64,000 bases of DNA from Phaeosaccion multiseriatum (Eukaryota > Protista > Ochrophyta, other classes), in contig OZ218957.1 in the NCBI GenBank assembly GCA_965112735.1, forward strand, positions 1,984,001 through 2,048,000. The letters are read 5' to 3'. The stretch's first letter is position 1. Each line of letters starts with the position of its first letter. Below the pieces are notes generated by a model. The model worked only from the letters and a program-made list of their open reading frames with translations, was not told the origin of the DNA and ran no database searches. The position numbers were made by a program, and so were the translations under genes. Positions 62,279-64,000 of this stretch are shown here, in pieces.

Positions 62279-63272
62279 AGGGGGGTGAGGGGAGGGGAGG
62301 AGGGAAAGGAGAGGCGGGCGGGGAGGCAGGGTGAGACCGGTGGGGAGGAGCAGGGCATTGCTACAGCCTGGCGTGGCTATGCTTTGCATGGCATCGTGAT
62401 GCTGTGCGTGCAGCAGGAGGCGGAGCGCACGTACGTGTGCCTACGTATCAGCCTATCAGCTTAGCGGAGACAGCGCGGCAGGTCCCTGGGCAGCAGAAGA
62501 ATGGCTTGGGATGAGCATGTGTGTATCTCCGGTAGGGGTGTGTCCATCCTTTCAGGAAGGCACTTAATGGGGTGTGTACTCACCAAGTAGAAGGTATCAA
62601 GTTTGATACTGTATACTAGTTAGTAAAAAAGTGTTTTTTTTTGTATTCTCTTGCGAGTGCGCGTGGGGAGAGAAGGTGGTAGAGTGTATTTGAGCTACGT
62701 GTGCCTGTAAGCTTGTAAGGTTGGGGGTGGGTGGGTGGGTGGGGGAGGGGGGAGGGACGCGAGGGGGGTGGGGCAGGTGAAAAAGGAGGGAGCGGGTCAG
62801 CAGAACAGCCTTCCCCCCCCCCCCACGGAAAGGAAACACCGGCACCGCCATCACTCGCTGCTATTCTCCCCCCCTCCCTCATTCTTTCCGTCCAGCTTGG
62901 TACTAAAAAAAAGAGAAACAAAACAAAAGCTGCCATACCATATTATTATATACATACACACAGTAAGTCACCACCGGTTGGTTTGTTCACTACATCGGAA
63001 AGGGGGTGGGAAAATTCCCCCCTCAATCGATCTTGTACTGTGACTCTGCACATCGTTATTACACTGTACCATTTCTGTATGGGACCGACACACACACAAG
63101 CTTCCAGACCGTCAATGGCCAAAGGAGGGGCCTCCTGTACTTTGCTCGGGGAGGCACCGAAAGAGCACACAGCCGGACCATTGATGAATCCCTCCTTCCT
63201 GCTTCCTTCACCGCCCATGCACAGCCCACGACAAAGAAGCCCAAACAGCGCTAGCAAGCCGGCCCGCCGCTC

Positions 63273-64000
63273 TTAAACCACATCCTTCATCCGCTGCTGC
63301 TGCTGCTGCTGCTGGTGTATCACAAACTGTTGCTGCTCGTGCTCGGGGTCCGCCAAGCCTCGCTCAAAGTCCCTGAGCTGCGTCTTCATCCGCTTCAGCT
63401 CCGGGCCGTGCAGGGGGTAGGCCCTCCAGATGAGAAACTGCACCCCCCCACACAACATGGGCACAAGGGCCAGCAGGCAGTAGGCCGCTGCTTGCACCTC
63501 ACGCAGGGAAGGCCGACCGCCAGCACCATCGCCACCCGTACCAGTTGGTGATTCGGCCCCCGCCGCCGACAGCTGCGCCACAGAGAGCGCCAGGGCCCTA
63601 TCCGGGAGCAGAAACACACCGAGAATGGGTGCCAGGGACTGCGCGGGTTTGACAATGAGCGCTTGTAAGCCATGCACCGACACCGACAGAGACTCCCTCC
63701 TCCGATTGCGCAGCATGTCTTCGTCAATCACGTCCGAAAAGGCGAGGTTGTAGAAGTTGGAGACCGGCGAAAAGAGCGCATTCACAAGGAACATCGCCCC
63801 CCACAGCTGCCACACGTCTCGTCCGGCTACGAGCATGACCAAACCCGTGCCGATCTTGAGCTTGGCGGCGAAGAAAATGAGACTGTACGTGCCGTAGCGA
63901 TTGGCGATGGGGGTCAATATCGGCACCATCACCTTGGGCAGATACAGGCAGAGCGTCACCAGTAGGGCGCGCGATGCCCGAGGCATGATCGGGGTCAAGA
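63273..64000 (-). CDS. MFSD13A: MFS transporter, MFSD13A/TMEM180-like, C-terminal part (5' end outside window)
   Basis: Several TM helices and the motif LAFSDVIDEDMLRNRRRESLSVSVHGLQALIVKPAQSLAPILG; stop at 63273. Confidence 0.7.
   Translation of the reverse strand, partial: LTPIMPRASRALLVTLCLYLPKVMVPILTPIANRYGTYSLIFFAAKLKIGTGLVMLVAGRDVWQLWGAMFLVNALFSPVSNFYNLAFSDVIDEDMLRNRRRESLSVSVHGLQALIVKPAQSLAPILGVFLLPDRALALSVAQLSAAGAESPTGTGGDGAGGRPSLREVQAAAYCLLALVPMLCGGVQFLIWRAYPLHGPELKRMKTQLRDFERGLADPEHEQQQFVIHQQQQQQQRMKDVV

Larger units (their letters stand above)
655..63555. repeat. Dispersed ~15-21 bp motif (CAG)CAGTTGGTGATACAG(CAG), about 30 copies
   Basis: Exact core TTGGTGATA on + at 1391, 2415, 2469, 2823, 3819, 9374, 12226, 27660, 35932, 37037, 45831, 51505, 56003; on - (TATCACCAA) at 3039, 5891, 8027, 11662, 19446, 51939. 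One-mismatch copies at 662, 1664, 2586, 8434, 8879, 9109, 9392, 17130, 37652, 63318, 63545. Counted by eye. Confidence 0.95.

Noticed and set aside
5440-62450. Recurrent TACGTA palindromes in non-coding DNA
   Set aside because: About ten copies noticed, not clearly above chance for a 6-mer in 64 kb.

Overview
Gene-dense, GC-rich eukaryotic nuclear DNA with spliceosomal introns and very many microsatellites. The PPR style, EDR2_C domains and a ciliary gene suggest a flagellated protist, possibly an ochrophyte/stramenopile alga (inference). Most ORFs in the track are microsatellite shadows. I reconstructed 14 genes by eye, in strictly alternating orientation: CABIN1 (+, 5'-truncated), PTAR1 (-), a PPR-SAP protein (+), a short chorein_N/VPS13-like protein (-), a sulfotransferase (+), condensin CAP-G (-), a CRAL-TRIO/PX-like/4xEDR2_C protein (+), RAD52 (-), a MORN protein (+), a CCDC90/DUF1640 protein (-), a small unknown protein (+), a half-fimbrin with IQ motifs (-), CFAP45 (+) and an MFSD13A-like transporter (-, truncated). 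Main findings: (1) a dispersed DNA word (CAG)CAGTTGGTGATACAG(CAG) with about 30 copies on both strands, in three reading frames and in non-coding DNA; (2) a TALE-like array of 17 near-identical, mosaic PPR repeats that vary at RNA-recognition positions, fused to a SAP domain; (3) a probable GA-AG intron; (4) fold-back intron architecture; (5) unusual lipid-transfer and actin-binding domain architectures. Family assignments come from remembered motifs, not database searches, and exon boundaries are manual predictions.
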